Shown here piece by piece: positions 1-10,257 of a DNA stretch of 64,000 bases. Below the pieces are notes generated by a model. It saw only the letters and a list, made by a program, of their open reading frames with translations, had not been told where the DNA came from and made no database searches. Origin of the DNA: an uncultured delta proteobacterium (GTDB lineage: Bacteria > Desulfobacterota > Syntrophia > Syntrophales > UBA2185); the NCBI GenBank assembly GCA_963729715.1, contig CAVSPA010000012.1, positions 1 through 64,000 of the forward strand, in the 5' to 3' direction. Position numbers and translations under genes: made by a program. Position 1 is the stretch's first letter; every line of letters begins with the position of its first letter.

Positions 1-613
1 ATAGCTTTGATATCGGAGGTGAGCTCTGCTTCCGAAAAGAGATTGCCCTTGGCACTTTTTATGACCTGGGCGAAGAGCACTGCTTTCAATTTTCCGGTTA
101 CCTTTAAACTCAATCTTTACTATCCTCATATCTGCGGCTATCTTGACGAGTATCTGTGTCCGCAATTGGCCAGAGATGGAGCCGATGGCTTCGATGCCCT
201 TGCCCTGTGCGAAGGCGGCGTGTATCACTCTTCCCTCTCTTACATCAATGACTCTCGCGTCGACGCTTATTTGCTCTCCAAACACGGAAAGACTTCCCAT
301 GATAACGTAATCGGCCGCTGCAGCCTTTCCGACGTTGACGGCAAGCTTTTCATCAATCACCTTGCCCTCTATGGCTTTGGCAAACGAACTTCTCTCAACT
401 ATATGGATGCTTTTTGACTCTGCCACTGTCTGTGAAGAGTCCTTTGTATAGGGCTTCCTGGAGATTGGCTGTATTTGCCTTGGCGTGAACTTCGAATGGC
501 AGGATGGCAATTTTTTTACCGTCTTCTGCAAGAGCATTAGCATTATAATGATGCAGCAACAGGAGAGAAGCCAAGAACATGATGATTCTTATGCGGACAC
601 TATTATTATTCAT
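1..613 (-). CDS. bamA: Outer membrane protein assembly factor BamA, 5' part (runs off the window; at least two apparent frameshifts)
   Basis: Signal peptide followed by KKIAILPFEVHA. Manual translation across the shifts gives a POTRA-like segment IVKIEFKGNRKIESSA..QVIKSAKGNLFSEAELTSDIKA. It lies directly after lolD, the usual deltaproteobacterial order. Confidence 0.75.
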
Positions 614-1272
614 AGGCGTAAATCTTCCCATCTCTTAATCCTATGTTCTTCGACATCCTGTCGGCAAGCGCTCTGTTGTGGGTAACGACGATAAGGGTGA
701 TTCTTTTATCTATTCAGGTCCATGAGGATATCTTCTATCTTTTTGCCTGTTTCGGTGTCAAGATTTCCGGTGGGCTCATCCGCCAAAAGGATTTCCGGTT
801 CCATGACAAGTGCCCTCGCCACGGCAACCCTCTGCTGCTCGCCTCCGGAAAGTTCGCCGGGTTTGTGGGTTAACCTGTCTCCAAGCCCTACCTCATGCAA
901 TATTGCTGCGGCCCGCTCTCTCGCTTTCTTGCACCGCAGACCGTCAATCAGCGCCGGCATCATCGTATTTTCCAGACTGTTAAACTCCGGCAGCAGATTA
1001 TGGAATTGGAAAACAAAGCCGATTGTTTTGTTTCTGAACTCGGCCAGTTTTTTCTTGCCCACTGGAAGACATTGATGCCGTCAAAGAGCACAGTTCCCGA
1101 TGTGGGTGATCCAGTGTTCCCAGAATATGGATCAGGGTGCTTTTCCCCGCACCGGAAACACCCAGGATGGCAAGAGACTCGCCCCGACCGATGGTGAAGT
1201 CGAGACTTTTCAAGACTTCAATTGCGTCACCATCCTTGATAAAGGTCTTATTAAATTATTGAGCTGAATCAT
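606..1272 (-). CDS. lolD: Lipoprotein-releasing ABC transporter ATP-binding protein LolD (split by apparent frameshifts)
   Basis: Walker [10 protein letters not shown] is in ORF 998..1213. [15 protein letters not shown] and [10 protein letters not shown] are in ORF 706..1062. The H-loop [14 protein letters not shown] is in another frame that ends at TAA 606-608. Confidence 0.85.
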
Positions 1273-1380
1273 CAAGTAAAATTCTGAATTCTAAGATTGA
1301 GTCCCCACATCTTTGCAATTTCTTGCTCCATATTTCTCAGGCATCTGGAATTCAAGGCATGGGCCTCTGCTTTCCAACGA

Positions 1381-2657
1381 TCAATCGTATCGTAAAGTTT
1401 CCGCCGGGTCCAGTTTGGAGGCCCTCCGGGAGGGGTAAATAGTCGACAGGAAACATATCAGCATGGTCCCTAGACAATGATCGCGACATCGCTGTAATTG
1501 ACCTGGGAAGGCAACTGGCTCAGGTAATATACATCTCCGGGTAGTATTTTGAAACCGAAAAGATTTTCAACGGATACAGAAATTTTCTCAAGGTTCAAGG
1601 CAACCGCAAGCCCTCCCAGGCAGCCCATAAGAGTACCGATGGCGCCGATCGTTACCCCCTGAAAGACGAATATCTTCATGATGCTGCCGGAGGTCGCCCC
1701 CATCGATTTCAAAATGGCAATGTCTTTGTTTTTTTCCATGACGATCATGATAAGTGTGCATATTATGTTAAATGCCGCTACCAGAACGATGAGACTAAGG
1801 ATAAGAAACATGACCCGCTTCTCCAGTTTCAGGGCGGAAAATAAGTTCTTGTTCATTTCCATCCAGTTCCTTGCCCAGAAAGGGAAGCCAAGTTTCTTTT
1901 CTATGGATTTTGCGATGATATTAGCCTTGTAAATGTCATTGACCTTGATTTCAAGGCCAGTAACCTGCTCTCCCAGGTTCAGGAATTCCTGGCAGTCCGA
2001 CAGAGAAATATATGCGAGGGTCGAATCGTATTCATAGAATCCGGAATCAAAGATGCCCACGACAACAAATTTTTTCATTTTGGGAACCATTCCCATAGGC
2101 GTGGAAATGCCCATGGGTGAGATTATGCTCACGGGGTCGAAAAGGAGAAGCCCCATATTCTTTGCCAGTTCCTTGCCTATTACAATGCCTGGAAGTGTCG
2201 ATGTGTCCTTGGTATAACCGAGGGTGCTCCTCTGTTTTTCGGAGAGATAGTCCATGTTTCCTTCGTGCATTTTCCCCAGGTTAATAACTTTGGAGGCACT
2301 ATCTACGGATATTCCTCGCAGTATCACACCGCTGGTGCGCCCTTCATTTCTCAGCATGGCCTGACTGTATATAAATGGCGTTGAAGCGACTACACCTTCG
2401 ACGTGTTCGATCTCGTTCATAACCGTCTGGTAGTTTCTCATCGCTCCCGTGTACTGCATGAGAACCACGTGGGAATTTATTCCCAGTATTTTATTCCGGA
2501 GATCAGTCTCAAAACCGTTCATTACCGCAAGGACAATTATAAGTGCGGCAACACCTAAGGATATCCCGGCGATAGAAATGAATGTTATAATGGAAACAAA
2601 GATCTGCTTTCGCTTGGCCCGGAGGTATCGGAGACTGATAAACAATTCAAAAGACAT
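1381..2657 (-). CDS. lolE: Lipoprotein-releasing ABC transporter permease LolC/E (one apparent frameshift near 1470)
   Basis: N-terminus MSFELFISLRYLRAKRKQ..VMNGFE. The typical C-terminus YPSRRASKLDPAETLRYD* continues in a shifted frame to TGA 1381-1383. Confidence 0.9.
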
Positions 2658-2665
2658 GATAGATT

Positions 2666-4147
2666 TTACTCTTCCTTGCTTCTCAAAAGGGGGAAAAGGA
2701 TAACATCCCTTATAGAGGCAGAATTCGTGAAGAGCATCACCAGCCTGTCTATACCTATTCCTTCTCCTGCTGTAGGCGGCATACCATATTCGAGTGTTCG
2801 GATATAATCCTCATCCATTTCATGAGCCTCATCATTCCCCGCTTCTCTAGCCCGGAGCTGCATCAAAAATCTTTCCCGCTGGTCAACAGGATCATTAATC
2901 TCGGAAAAGGCATTGGCAATTTCTTTCCCACAAATATAAAGTTCAAATCTGTCAGTGACCCCAAGCTGATCAGGCGTTTTCCTGGCCAGGGGAGAGACCT
3001 CAACCGGATAGTGAGTTATAAAAGTCGGTTGTATCAGCTTGTCCTCCACTCGTTCTTCAAATATAGCCATCATGGCTATTCCCGGCGCATCACTGTCTTT
3101 GATGCTCAGCCCGAGATCCTTTGCGCAAGCGATAATCCTTGCACCGTCGTCCAGAACTTCGGCAGCTATCTTGCCGTATTTCACAATTGCATCTCTTACT
3201 GAAATGCGCGGCCACGGTGGCGTCAGGTCAATCTCAGTTTCCAGATACTGAAACTTCGAGGAGTCAAAAAGTTTACAGGCGATGAAGTTGAACATCTCTT
3301 CGGTCAATGCCATCAGATCCTCGTATGTGGCATAAGCCTGGTAAAATTCCATCATAGTAAATTCAGGGTTATGGAAGGTGGAAATGCCTTCATTCCGGAA
3401 ATTTTTATTTATTTCGTAGACCCGTTCGAAACCGCCTGTAACCAGCCGCTTCAGGTACAGTTCAGGGGCTATTCTCAGATAAAAATCCATCCCCAGGGCA
3501 TTGTGATGGGTCTTAAAGGGGCGTGCCATGGCGCCACCCGCTTTGGGCTGCATCATGGGGGTTTCCACTTCCAGGAAATCTCTTTCCTCCATGAAGCAAC
3601 GTATCAGGTGTATGATGCGACTCCTCCTGACAAAGACATCCTTAGTATGAGGATTGACAATGAGATCCAGATGCCGTTGACGGTATCTGGTCTCAATATC
3701 TGTAAGGCCGTGCCATTTCTCCGGCATGGGCCGTATCGCCTTTGAGAGCAGCCTCAGCACATCGCAGTCAATCGTCAGCTCATTAGTCCTGGTTCTGAAC
3801 ATCTTCCCTGCGACAAAAATTATATCGCCCACATCGAGTCTCTTAAACAGCGAATAGGATATTTCTCCGACCTTCTCCTTTCTGACAAAGATTTGGAGCT
3901 TTCCAGTTCTGTCCTGAACAGTGGCAAAAGAGCCTTTTCCAAAGTCTCGAATGGCCATCAATCTTCCCGCTATGGAGAATCTCTCGTCTATCTTGCCTAA
4001 GGCATCGCCGTCCATATGGGCAAAGCGTTCAATGATAGATGTCGCCGTATCCGTTACACGGGCATCATTGGGATACAGTTCGATACCGTCCGCCTTCAGT
4101 GACTCTATCTTTTCCTTTTTCTTCCTGAGTAGTTCGCTGTCTTCCAT
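2666..4147 (-). CDS. lysS: Lysine--tRNA ligase (class II)
   Basis: Motifs RYRQRHLDL, YLRIAPELYLKRL, FRNEG and YGMPPTAGEGIGIDRL. ATG at 4147 chosen as start. Confidence 0.97.
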   Translation of the reverse strand: MEDSELLRKKKEKIESLKADGIELYPNDARVTDTATSIIERFAHMDGDALGKIDERFSIAGRLMAIRDFGKGSFATVQDRTGKLQIFVRKEKVGEISYSLFKRLDVGDIIFVAGKMFRTRTNELTIDCDVLRLLSKAIRPMPEKWHGLTDIETRYRQRHLDLIVNPHTKDVFVRRSRIIHLIRCFMEERDFLEVETPMMQPKAGGAMARPFKTHHNALGMDFYLRIAPELYLKRLVTGGFERVYEINKNFRNEGISTFHNPEFTMMEFYQAYATYEDLMALTEEMFNFIACKLFDSSKFQYLETEIDLTPPWPRISVRDAIVKYGKIAAEVLDDGARIIACAKDLGLSIKDSDAPGIAMMAIFEERVEDKLIQPTFITHYPVEVSPLARKTPDQLGVTDRFELYICGKEIANAFSEINDPVDQRERFLMQLRAREAGNDEAHEMDEDYIRTLEYGMPPTAGEGIGIDRLVMLFTNSASIRDVILFPLLRSKEE

Positions 4148-4212
4148 AAATGCCTTATCCAATTTAATATAAACCAAATTTGAGTATATTTTTTTGGGGG
4201 ATTAGTCAAGCA

Positions 4213-4240
4213 TGATTTAAAATCCGTGATTTAAAATCCG
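4213..4240. repeat. Exact 14-bp tandem duplication (TGATTTAAAATCCG x2)
   Basis: Read directly from the sequence, upstream of the putative lysS -35 element (TTGACT at 4204-4209 on the minus strand). Confidence 0.8.
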
Positions 4241-4415
4241 CAGGTACCGTGAGATTCTTGAATGGCTTGTAAAACAGACCTCGTGTGAACGCAAATCGTT
4301 TTGGGAGCCACATTTTGAATATGAATCGAGGTAAAGGGGACAGTGAAGGTGTAATAAGAGGTTAATGCAGGGCGGTCCTAAACTAACCGTGATTGTTCAC
4401 TATTCGGGAAGCCTC

Positions 4416-5699
4416 TCAGCCATGACTGCTTACCTTTCCCAGCTTGATGGCGCAGAATTCGCCGCACATGGTACAACCTTCATCTTTTGCGCTCTTACTG
4501 GTTTCGAGAAGTCTTTCAGTCTTCTCCGGATCAATAGAGGCCTTCACCTGACCCTGCCAGTCAAATTCCTTTCTGCACCGTGCCATCATGGTGTCCTTCT
4601 CGAAGGCACCGGGGATTTCCTTTGCTATGTCTGCAATGTGCGCCGCAATCTTCGAAGCGATGACTCCTTCCCTGACATCTTCAAGAGTGGGTAGACGGAG
4701 GTGCTCTGAGGGAGTTACGTAACAGAGGAAGTCTGCGCCAAAGGATCCGGCGATCGCCCCGCCAATCGCCGAAGTGATGTGATCATAACCTGGAGCTATG
4801 TCCGTGGGCAGTGGTCCCAGGACGTAGAAAGGTGCGCCGTCGCATAAGCTCTTCTGTAGCTGTATATTGGCCTGGATTTCATTGATGGGTACATGACCGG
4901 GGCCTTCGATCATGACCTGGACTCCTTCCCCTCTCGCCCTTTTTGCGAGCTCGCCCAGGAGAATGAGTTCCTGCACCTGTCCCCTGTCAGTTGCGTCGGC
5001 GAGACAGCCCGGCCGCAGACCGTCGCCTAGGCTGAGAACCATGTCATAGCGCTTTGCGATTTCCAACAACCTGTCATATCTCTCATAGAGGGGGTTTTCT
5101 CCGTCATTAAATGACATCCAGTTCCTGATGATGGAGCCGCCTCTACTGACAATGCCTAAGATGCGTCCTTCCTCCTCTATGCATGCTACACTTCTCCTTG
5201 TCACGCCGCAGTGCACGGTTATGAAGTCAACGCCGTCCTCGCCATTTTGCTCTATAACCCTGAACATATCTTCAGCAGTCATCTCAAGGATAGCTTGCTT
5301 TGCCTCTAGCATCTCGGCAGCAGCCTGGTATATGGGAACCGTCCCTACGGGAACGGTTGATGCCTTGATGATCGCCTGCCTGATCTTCCTGATATCTCCC
5401 CCTGTGGAGAGGTCCATGACCGTATCCGCCCCCGCCGCGACCGAGATTTGCACTTTCTTTATCTCCATGTCCAATTCGACGCGATCCTTGGACGTACCGA
5501 TATTGGCATTGATCTTTGTCCTGAGACCTTTGCCTATGGCAAGGGGCGCTATTGCAGTGTGTCTTTTGTTGCGGATCACCACGATAGTGCCTTTTTCAAC
5601 ACCGTCACGGATAAATTCAGGGGATACCCCTTCCTTTTTAGCGCACAGCTTCATTTCTTGAGATATTAAACCTTTTCGTGCTCTCTTTAATTGAGTCAT
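4416..5699 (-). CDS. thiC: Phosphomethylpyrimidine synthase ThiC
   Basis: Motifs TKINANIGTS, DTVMDLSTGG, SRGGS, EGPGHVP, YDHITSAIG and C-terminal CTMCGEFC. The upstream TPP riboswitch favours ThiC over the BzaA/B/F paralogues. Confidence 0.95.
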   Translation of the reverse strand: MTQLKRARKGLISQEMKLCAKKEGVSPEFIRDGVEKGTIVVIRNKRHTAIAPLAIGKGLRTKINANIGTSKDRVELDMEIKKVQISVAAGADTVMDLSTGGDIRKIRQAIIKASTVPVGTVPIYQAAAEMLEAKQAILEMTAEDMFRVIEQNGEDGVDFITVHCGVTRRSVACIEEEGRILGIVSRGGSIIRNWMSFNDGENPLYERYDRLLEIAKRYDMVLSLGDGLRPGCLADATDRGQVQELILLGELAKRARGEGVQVMIEGPGHVPINEIQANIQLQKSLCDGAPFYVLGPLPTDIAPGYDHITSAIGGAIAGSFGADFLCYVTPSEHLRLPTLEDVREGVIASKIAAHIADIAKEIPGAFEKDTMMARCRKEFDWQGQVKASIDPEKTERLLETSKSAKDEGCTMCGEFCAIKLGKVSSHG

Positions 5700-5726
5700 T
5701 TTAGTAACGCTCCTGTTATAAGAACT

Positions 5727-5769
5727 ATATAAACAACACGGGGCATAACCTTTCTGAGGATATGCCCCG
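5727..5769 (-). terminator. Intrinsic terminator, the expression platform of the TPP riboswitch
   Basis: Stem CGGGGCATA/TATGCCCCG (5739-5769) followed by TGTTGTTTATAT on the minus strand, between the aptamer and thiC. Confidence 0.7.
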
Positions 5770-5789
5770 AGAGAAATATTAGCAGATTC

Positions 5790-5862
5790 CGTTTCCTCCG
5801 CTGGGATTATCCAGATCAGGTTCTAAGGGTATATTCTCAGCCTCGTCAGCACCCCTGTACAG
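5790..5862 (-). ncRNA. TPP (thi-box) riboswitch
   Basis: The minus strand reads AGGGGTGC..GCTGAGA..TACCCTTAGAACCTGATCTGGATAATCCCAGCGGAGGAA, matching the TPP aptamer consensus, upstream of thiC. Confidence 0.95.
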
Positions 5863-6384
5863 TTATCGTCTACTGCATTTTTTGCAGAAAATCAAGCTCA
5901 AATTCGAGGGTTGCCCAGCTTTAGATTGCCAATATCCATAATGTTTTGTATGATCCGGCAACTAATCAAAAAGTGTGCAATGCCTAAGAGTTACTCTCAA
6001 TCTGACCAAAAGAAAATCAATAACTTGACCAGCGAGATTCTGCCAAAAGTGTTGTCAATGTCATACGGATTTCGATTCAGTGACAATAACTTTTGGCAGC
6101 TGAAAATTACCCGCTTTCACGGTCCTTGTTTCAATGAGGAATTCTTCCTCCACATATTATCAACCTTGATGAAAACGCGAGACTTCAAACCGTAATTATT
6201 AATATTCTTTCCAAAATAATTGTGCTACGATCTCACGATTAAAATATTGTGGGACTGTCGGAAAACCAGGCGGTAAACGGAAAATACAAATCTCAACTTT
6301 GAATATCGCGAGAATCTGGTCTGCTCGACTCAAAAAATTTTTAGCTCAGAGTGCATCTATGAGAGTTAATAAAGAGCTAATAAG

Positions 6385-6882
6385 ATGAGCATGGTTATTC
6401 AAACAACAATCCGTTGTATGATGTTGAGGGTACTTCTGGTGGTCATCGCACATGTTGTGCTCGCGTCACCTTGCCCTGCGTCAGCAGCTCTAGGTGGCGA
6501 CGAAACAACGGTGCAGGCTGATCAAGCTCGCATGAAAGGCACACTGCGAAGCACGCAAACCAAGGCGTACACTGTGCATGAGATTAAGGCGCAAACAGGC
6601 ACTGTCGTGAGGGAATATGTTTCTGCGGCTGGAAAGATATTTGCTGTAGTCTGGCAAGGCCCATTTTTACCGGACTTGCGCCAACTCTTCGGTTCGCATT
6701 TTGAACAATTTTCGCAATCAGCTCAAAACCTCAAAAGTAAGCACCCCCGGGGCCGTGGGCCACTCATGATCCAAGAGCCTGGGTTGGTCGTACAAACTGG
6801 AGGGCATATGCGGGCGTATTTCGGCAGAGCTTACATACCTGAACTGGTACCACAAGGAGTCCCCATCGAGGAGATTCAATGA
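6385..6882 (+). CDS. DUF2844-family exported protein
   Basis: Signal peptide ending ASA-ALGG; motifs GTVVREYVS..G.IFAV.WQGP..PDLRQL.G and GGHMRAY.GRAY.P. Overlaps the next gene (ATGA). Confidence 0.85.
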   Translation: MSMVIQTTIRCMMLRVLLVVIAHVVLASPCPASAALGGDETTVQADQARMKGTLRSTQTKAYTVHEIKAQTGTVVREYVSAAGKIFAVVWQGPFLPDLRQLFGSHFEQFSQSAQNLKSKHPRGRGPLMIQEPGLVVQTGGHMRAYFGRAYIPELVPQGVPIEEIQ

Positions 6883-8126
6883 AGAGCGTCCGTATTTGCA
6901 TACTGATCTTAGCATTGTTCGCGGCGTGGACGTTGCCTGTAGGCTGCGGAGGGGGCGGAGGTAGTAGCGGGAGCAGCGGAAGTGGCGGAAGCAGCGGAGC
7001 GGTTTGCGAAAGTTTAGCCGCGCAGACCATTGCGGCCCCCACCACAAATGTGCAGACAATTGCTGTGAACGGTGGGCCACCAGGTATTGGCTATATCTAT
7101 AGTAATGCTGCGTTTACAAGCGTTAAGGTTTGCCTTCACGGAACTGTCACATGCCAGACGATCGATTACGTCTTGGTGGACACTGGTTCTTTTGGGCTGA
7201 GGCTGTTGTCTTCTGCCCTTACAACGCCGGGACTATATGCGACACCAACCGCCGGCACTAATCTTGGCGAGTGTGTCCAATTTGTAGATTTAACCTACGT
7301 TTGGGGACCCATCCAAACGTTCGATGTCTTCGTAGCGGGTGAACAGGCAAGCTCAGTGCCAGTTCACGTTCTTGATCCTAACTTTTATGCGAGTAAGATC
7401 CCAAGCACTTGTACGAGTGGTGGCTATAGTATAGTAGATGATCTGGCGGACTTGGGCGCCAATGGAATATTGGGCGTAGGGCCAATTCGGTATGACTGCG
7501 GCAGCACTTGCGTCACCCCTTCGTCGTTTCCGGACGGTTATCCCTATTATGAGTGCACTGCTTCGGGATGTGCAGGAACGGCTTTACCTCTGTCACAACA
7601 GGTGCAAAATCCAGTGGCGCTGTTTTCCACGGATAACAATGGCGTCATTATTGAGTTACCGGCTGTTTCGGGCCCGGCTGCGAGCCTGAGCGGCTCGCTC
7701 GTATTCGGAATCGGTACACAATCAAATAACGGGTTGGGCAGCGCAACCGCGCTTACTCTAAACAACAATGCGAGCATTAGCACGACTTATAAAGGTACAG
7801 TCCTGCCTTATAGCTTTATTGATAGCGGCTCGAACGGATATTTTTTCCCGGATGCAACGATACGCACGGACGCAAACGGATGGTACATTCCCTCCTCCAC
7901 ATTGAGTCTCTCTGCAACCAACGAGGGAAACAATGGAGCTAGCAACAATGTGTGCTTCAGCGTGGGTAACGCGGACAGCATGCCCAACGATGCCGTGCTA
8001 AACACGCTGGCAGGCTACGTGTCGCCGTCTTTCGGCTATTTTGACTGGGGATTGCCATTCTTCTACGGACGCAACGTTTATACATCGATCACAGCCGATG
8101 GAAATGGGTCGTATTGGGCGTACTAA
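6879..8126 (+). CDS. DUF3443-family lipoprotein, probable pepsin-like aspartic protease
   Basis: Lipobox-like PVGC followed by a Gly/Ser linker; motifs VLVDTGS, ANGILGVG, FIDSGSN and FDWGLPFFYGRNVY. Confidence 0.85.
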   Translation: MKSVRICILILALFAAWTLPVGCGGGGGSSGSSGSGGSSGAVCESLAAQTIAAPTTNVQTIAVNGGPPGIGYIYSNAAFTSVKVCLHGTVTCQTIDYVLVDTGSFGLRLLSSALTTPGLYATPTAGTNLGECVQFVDLTYVWGPIQTFDVFVAGEQASSVPVHVLDPNFYASKIPSTCTSGGYSIVDDLADLGANGILGVGPIRYDCGSTCVTPSSFPDGYPYYECTASGCAGTALPLSQQVQNPVALFSTDNNGVIIELPAVSGPAASLSGSLVFGIGTQSNNGLGSATALTLNNNASISTTYKGTVLPYSFIDSGSNGYFFPDATIRTDANGWYIPSSTLSLSATNEGNNGASNNVCFSVGNADSMPNDAVLNTLAGYVSPSFGYFDWGLPFFYGRNVYTSITADGNGSYWAY

Positions 8127-8769
8127 TCAGGGCACGGTTGCAGGACACAAGCCTCTATAATCAATTTATCGGGTTTTCACCGTATTGCCTCCCTTTTAAA
8201 ACGAGACTGGTTAATAGTTTGGTTCGTTGTTGAAGTGCGATGATTGCACATATATTCGAAATCAGTACTTCCTTGTTATCCACAAATAGGAGACGATGAA
8301 AATAGTTTATGCCTTCTCTTGGGAATGATTATCTTTATTGAGACCCCGATTATCCGTGGGACGCACACATCCAAGCATAACGCATCACGAACAAGATGCA
8401 TATAAGACGAGTCTGTCCGAAAAAGGCGCAATTATCCTTTTAAGTCCCGGCAAATCATAAGATGTCCGGTGTTTTTTTCATCATAAAGCGTAAGGATGCG
8501 TGGCAGGCTGCCTGTCTCCTTCAGGGGACGAAGCCGGAGTCCCAGACTGATTGCCTTGTCCGGGGAAAGAGCCCCCTATTCTTTGTTCCAAGCATTAGAC
8601 CCTATAATCGCATAACCCTAAAAATTTACATCATTCCTGTCACCAAGCCAGGCGACCTTGTTTGCAGGCTTGAAGTTAAACGAACAGGGCCCCGTTATGG
8701 GCATGCCCACACAGAGGGTGAGAAAAAACACCATAGAATGTGATGCTTCTGTCCCGGAACCACCAGCGG

Positions 8770-9579
8770 CTAGATTTTATGAATATGCGGAATGACATAA
8801 AATCCTTCCGATATCTTATAGCGTGCCAATAACGATTTGAGAATTGGATACAGATCGAAAGACGAATCCATCATTATCTCGATGTTACCGTCAAAATTGC
8901 TTTCCTTAATAATGCCTTTTATTCTGATATATATGCCCTTGCCCTCCATAGTAAGTGAATTAACGGCAATCGAGGCATCACCAATAGTAAGCAATCCTTT
9001 AACGTTCCTAAATAAATGCAATGGTAAGGCGCTGATCCCCATGAGCGACCCTTTCAGCATCGCATTGTCAATTGAAAAAATAATTTCTCCCTTCTGATGC
9101 CTTCTCTGAAAATTGAACATGAGGTTGCCGTCACCATACACGCCTATTTTTTCAATAATAGGCAGACCATTTATCTGAATATTTTTCCCATCGATATGCA
9201 GATCCATTCCTCGCTGTTCTTCGGTAATAGTACCGTTAATCGTGCCATGATTTATCTGACCACTGAAATTTAATCGGGGTGTTAGCTCAAGGAGGGAATG
9301 TAAATCTGGTGTTACGTTTATATCTTGAATTATAATAATAGGTACAATTTCCTGGCTTGCTGACGAAGAACTTATTTCTGCACCCGGATATAATATAAGC
9401 CCCTGTTCCGCTCTTAAAGTGTAAAAAATGCCTTTTTTGAAACCTATCAGCTTGATTTTAATGTCACGGCCTTCCAATGATTCCGTAATATAGCCATTGA
9501 TCAAAGATTCCGGGATGGCAAGCCATACGACCCAAAGAAAGAGGAAGAAAACAATCAGCGTAACAGCAATTCTTTTGAT
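8770..9579 (-). CDS. gspN: Type II secretion system protein GspN (apparent ATC start)
   Basis: Last gene of the gsp operon. An N-terminal TM anchor KRIAVTLIVFFLFLWVVWLAIP is encoded in frame upstream of the tracked ORF, behind SD AAGGGGG and codon ATC (9577-9579). The rest is beta-rich. Confidence 0.65.
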   Translation of the reverse strand: MKRIAVTLIVFFLFLWVVWLAIPESLINGYITESLEGRDIKIKLIGFKKGIFYTLRAEQGLILYPGAEISSSSASQEIVPIIIIQDINVTPDLHSLLELTPRLNFSGQINHGTINGTITEEQRGMDLHIDGKNIQINGLPIIEKIGVYGDGNLMFNFQRRHQKGEIIFSIDNAMLKGSLMGISALPLHLFRNVKGLLTIGDASIAVNSLTMEGKGIYIRIKGIIKESNFDGNIEIMMDSSFDLYPILKSLLARYKISEGFYVIPHIHKI

Positions 9580-9702
9580 ATAAGACCCCCTTGACTTATA
9601 TGTGTCAGGCGATACACCTGTCCTATGGATGGATTGTCCTATCGGCTTTGAATTATTTACTTTCGTTTCTGTCGAGATGACATAGGGGTGGTCGAAACTA
9701 CA

Positions 9703-10257
9703 CTACTGTATCTGAGGACTGCCGAAGAGTGATACTGCCATTGTGGCGTCAAGCAGTTCAGGATTTTCAAAGGACTTTTTTATAACCACTCTTTTTACGG
9801 CTAAAATCATGGGAGCATTTTCAATCTTATAAAACAGGTGAACCAATTCGCTCATGTTCAGCTTTTCCATCTGTATTTCCGCTGACTCTTCACTCATCTG
9901 ATCCATGATCTTCTTCGTTCCCGTCAATTTAATGGATTTCATTTTCTCCTTGATCCCAAGCGAAAGAGAAATATCTCCTATTGCCTGATTTATGCTGTTT
10001 GTTTTTGTGAGAGTTTTTTTCTGTTCTGTAGCGTTGACACTCGCCCTGAGCGATCTGTATTTTTGGGTTAAGGTGGAAAATTCATGATACTTCGCCGTCA
10101 ATGCTGATAATTCTTTTTCTGCTGCCCTATCCCAAAGCAGATTGGGGATGATCAGTATATAGAGCCCGATCAGCACCACCGCAATAACCATCTTTTTGCG
10201 GGATGCCCGGTCTTGCCAATAATCACGGATTAAGGTAAAAGCAGAATCGAATTTCAT
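9703..10257 (-). CDS. gspM: Type II secretion system protein GspM
   Basis: Single N-terminal TM, a coiled coil, and a C-terminal LVHLFYKIEN..L.VKR segment; positioned after gspL. Confidence 0.8.
   Translation of the reverse strand: MKFDSAFTLIRDYWQDRASRKKMVIAVVLIGLYILIIPNLLWDRAAEKELSALTAKYHEFSTLTQKYRSLRASVNATEQKKTLTKTNSINQAIGDISLSLGIKEKMKSIKLTGTKKIMDQMSEESAEIQMEKLNMSELVHLFYKIENAPMILAVKRVVIKKSFENPELLDATMAVSLFGSPQIQ

Noticed and set aside
4416..5699. ThiC paralogue BzaA/B/F
   Set aside because: The gene is preceded by a TPP riboswitch, not a cobalamin one.
5911..6195. ORF 5911..6195 (likewise 23077..23358)
   Set aside because: AT-rich intergenic frames with weak starts, no SD and no recognisable features.
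8127..8769. ORF 8462..8743 and a possible c-di-GMP riboswitch in this intergenic region
   Set aside because: No recognisable protein motif, and the GEMM consensus is not matched.
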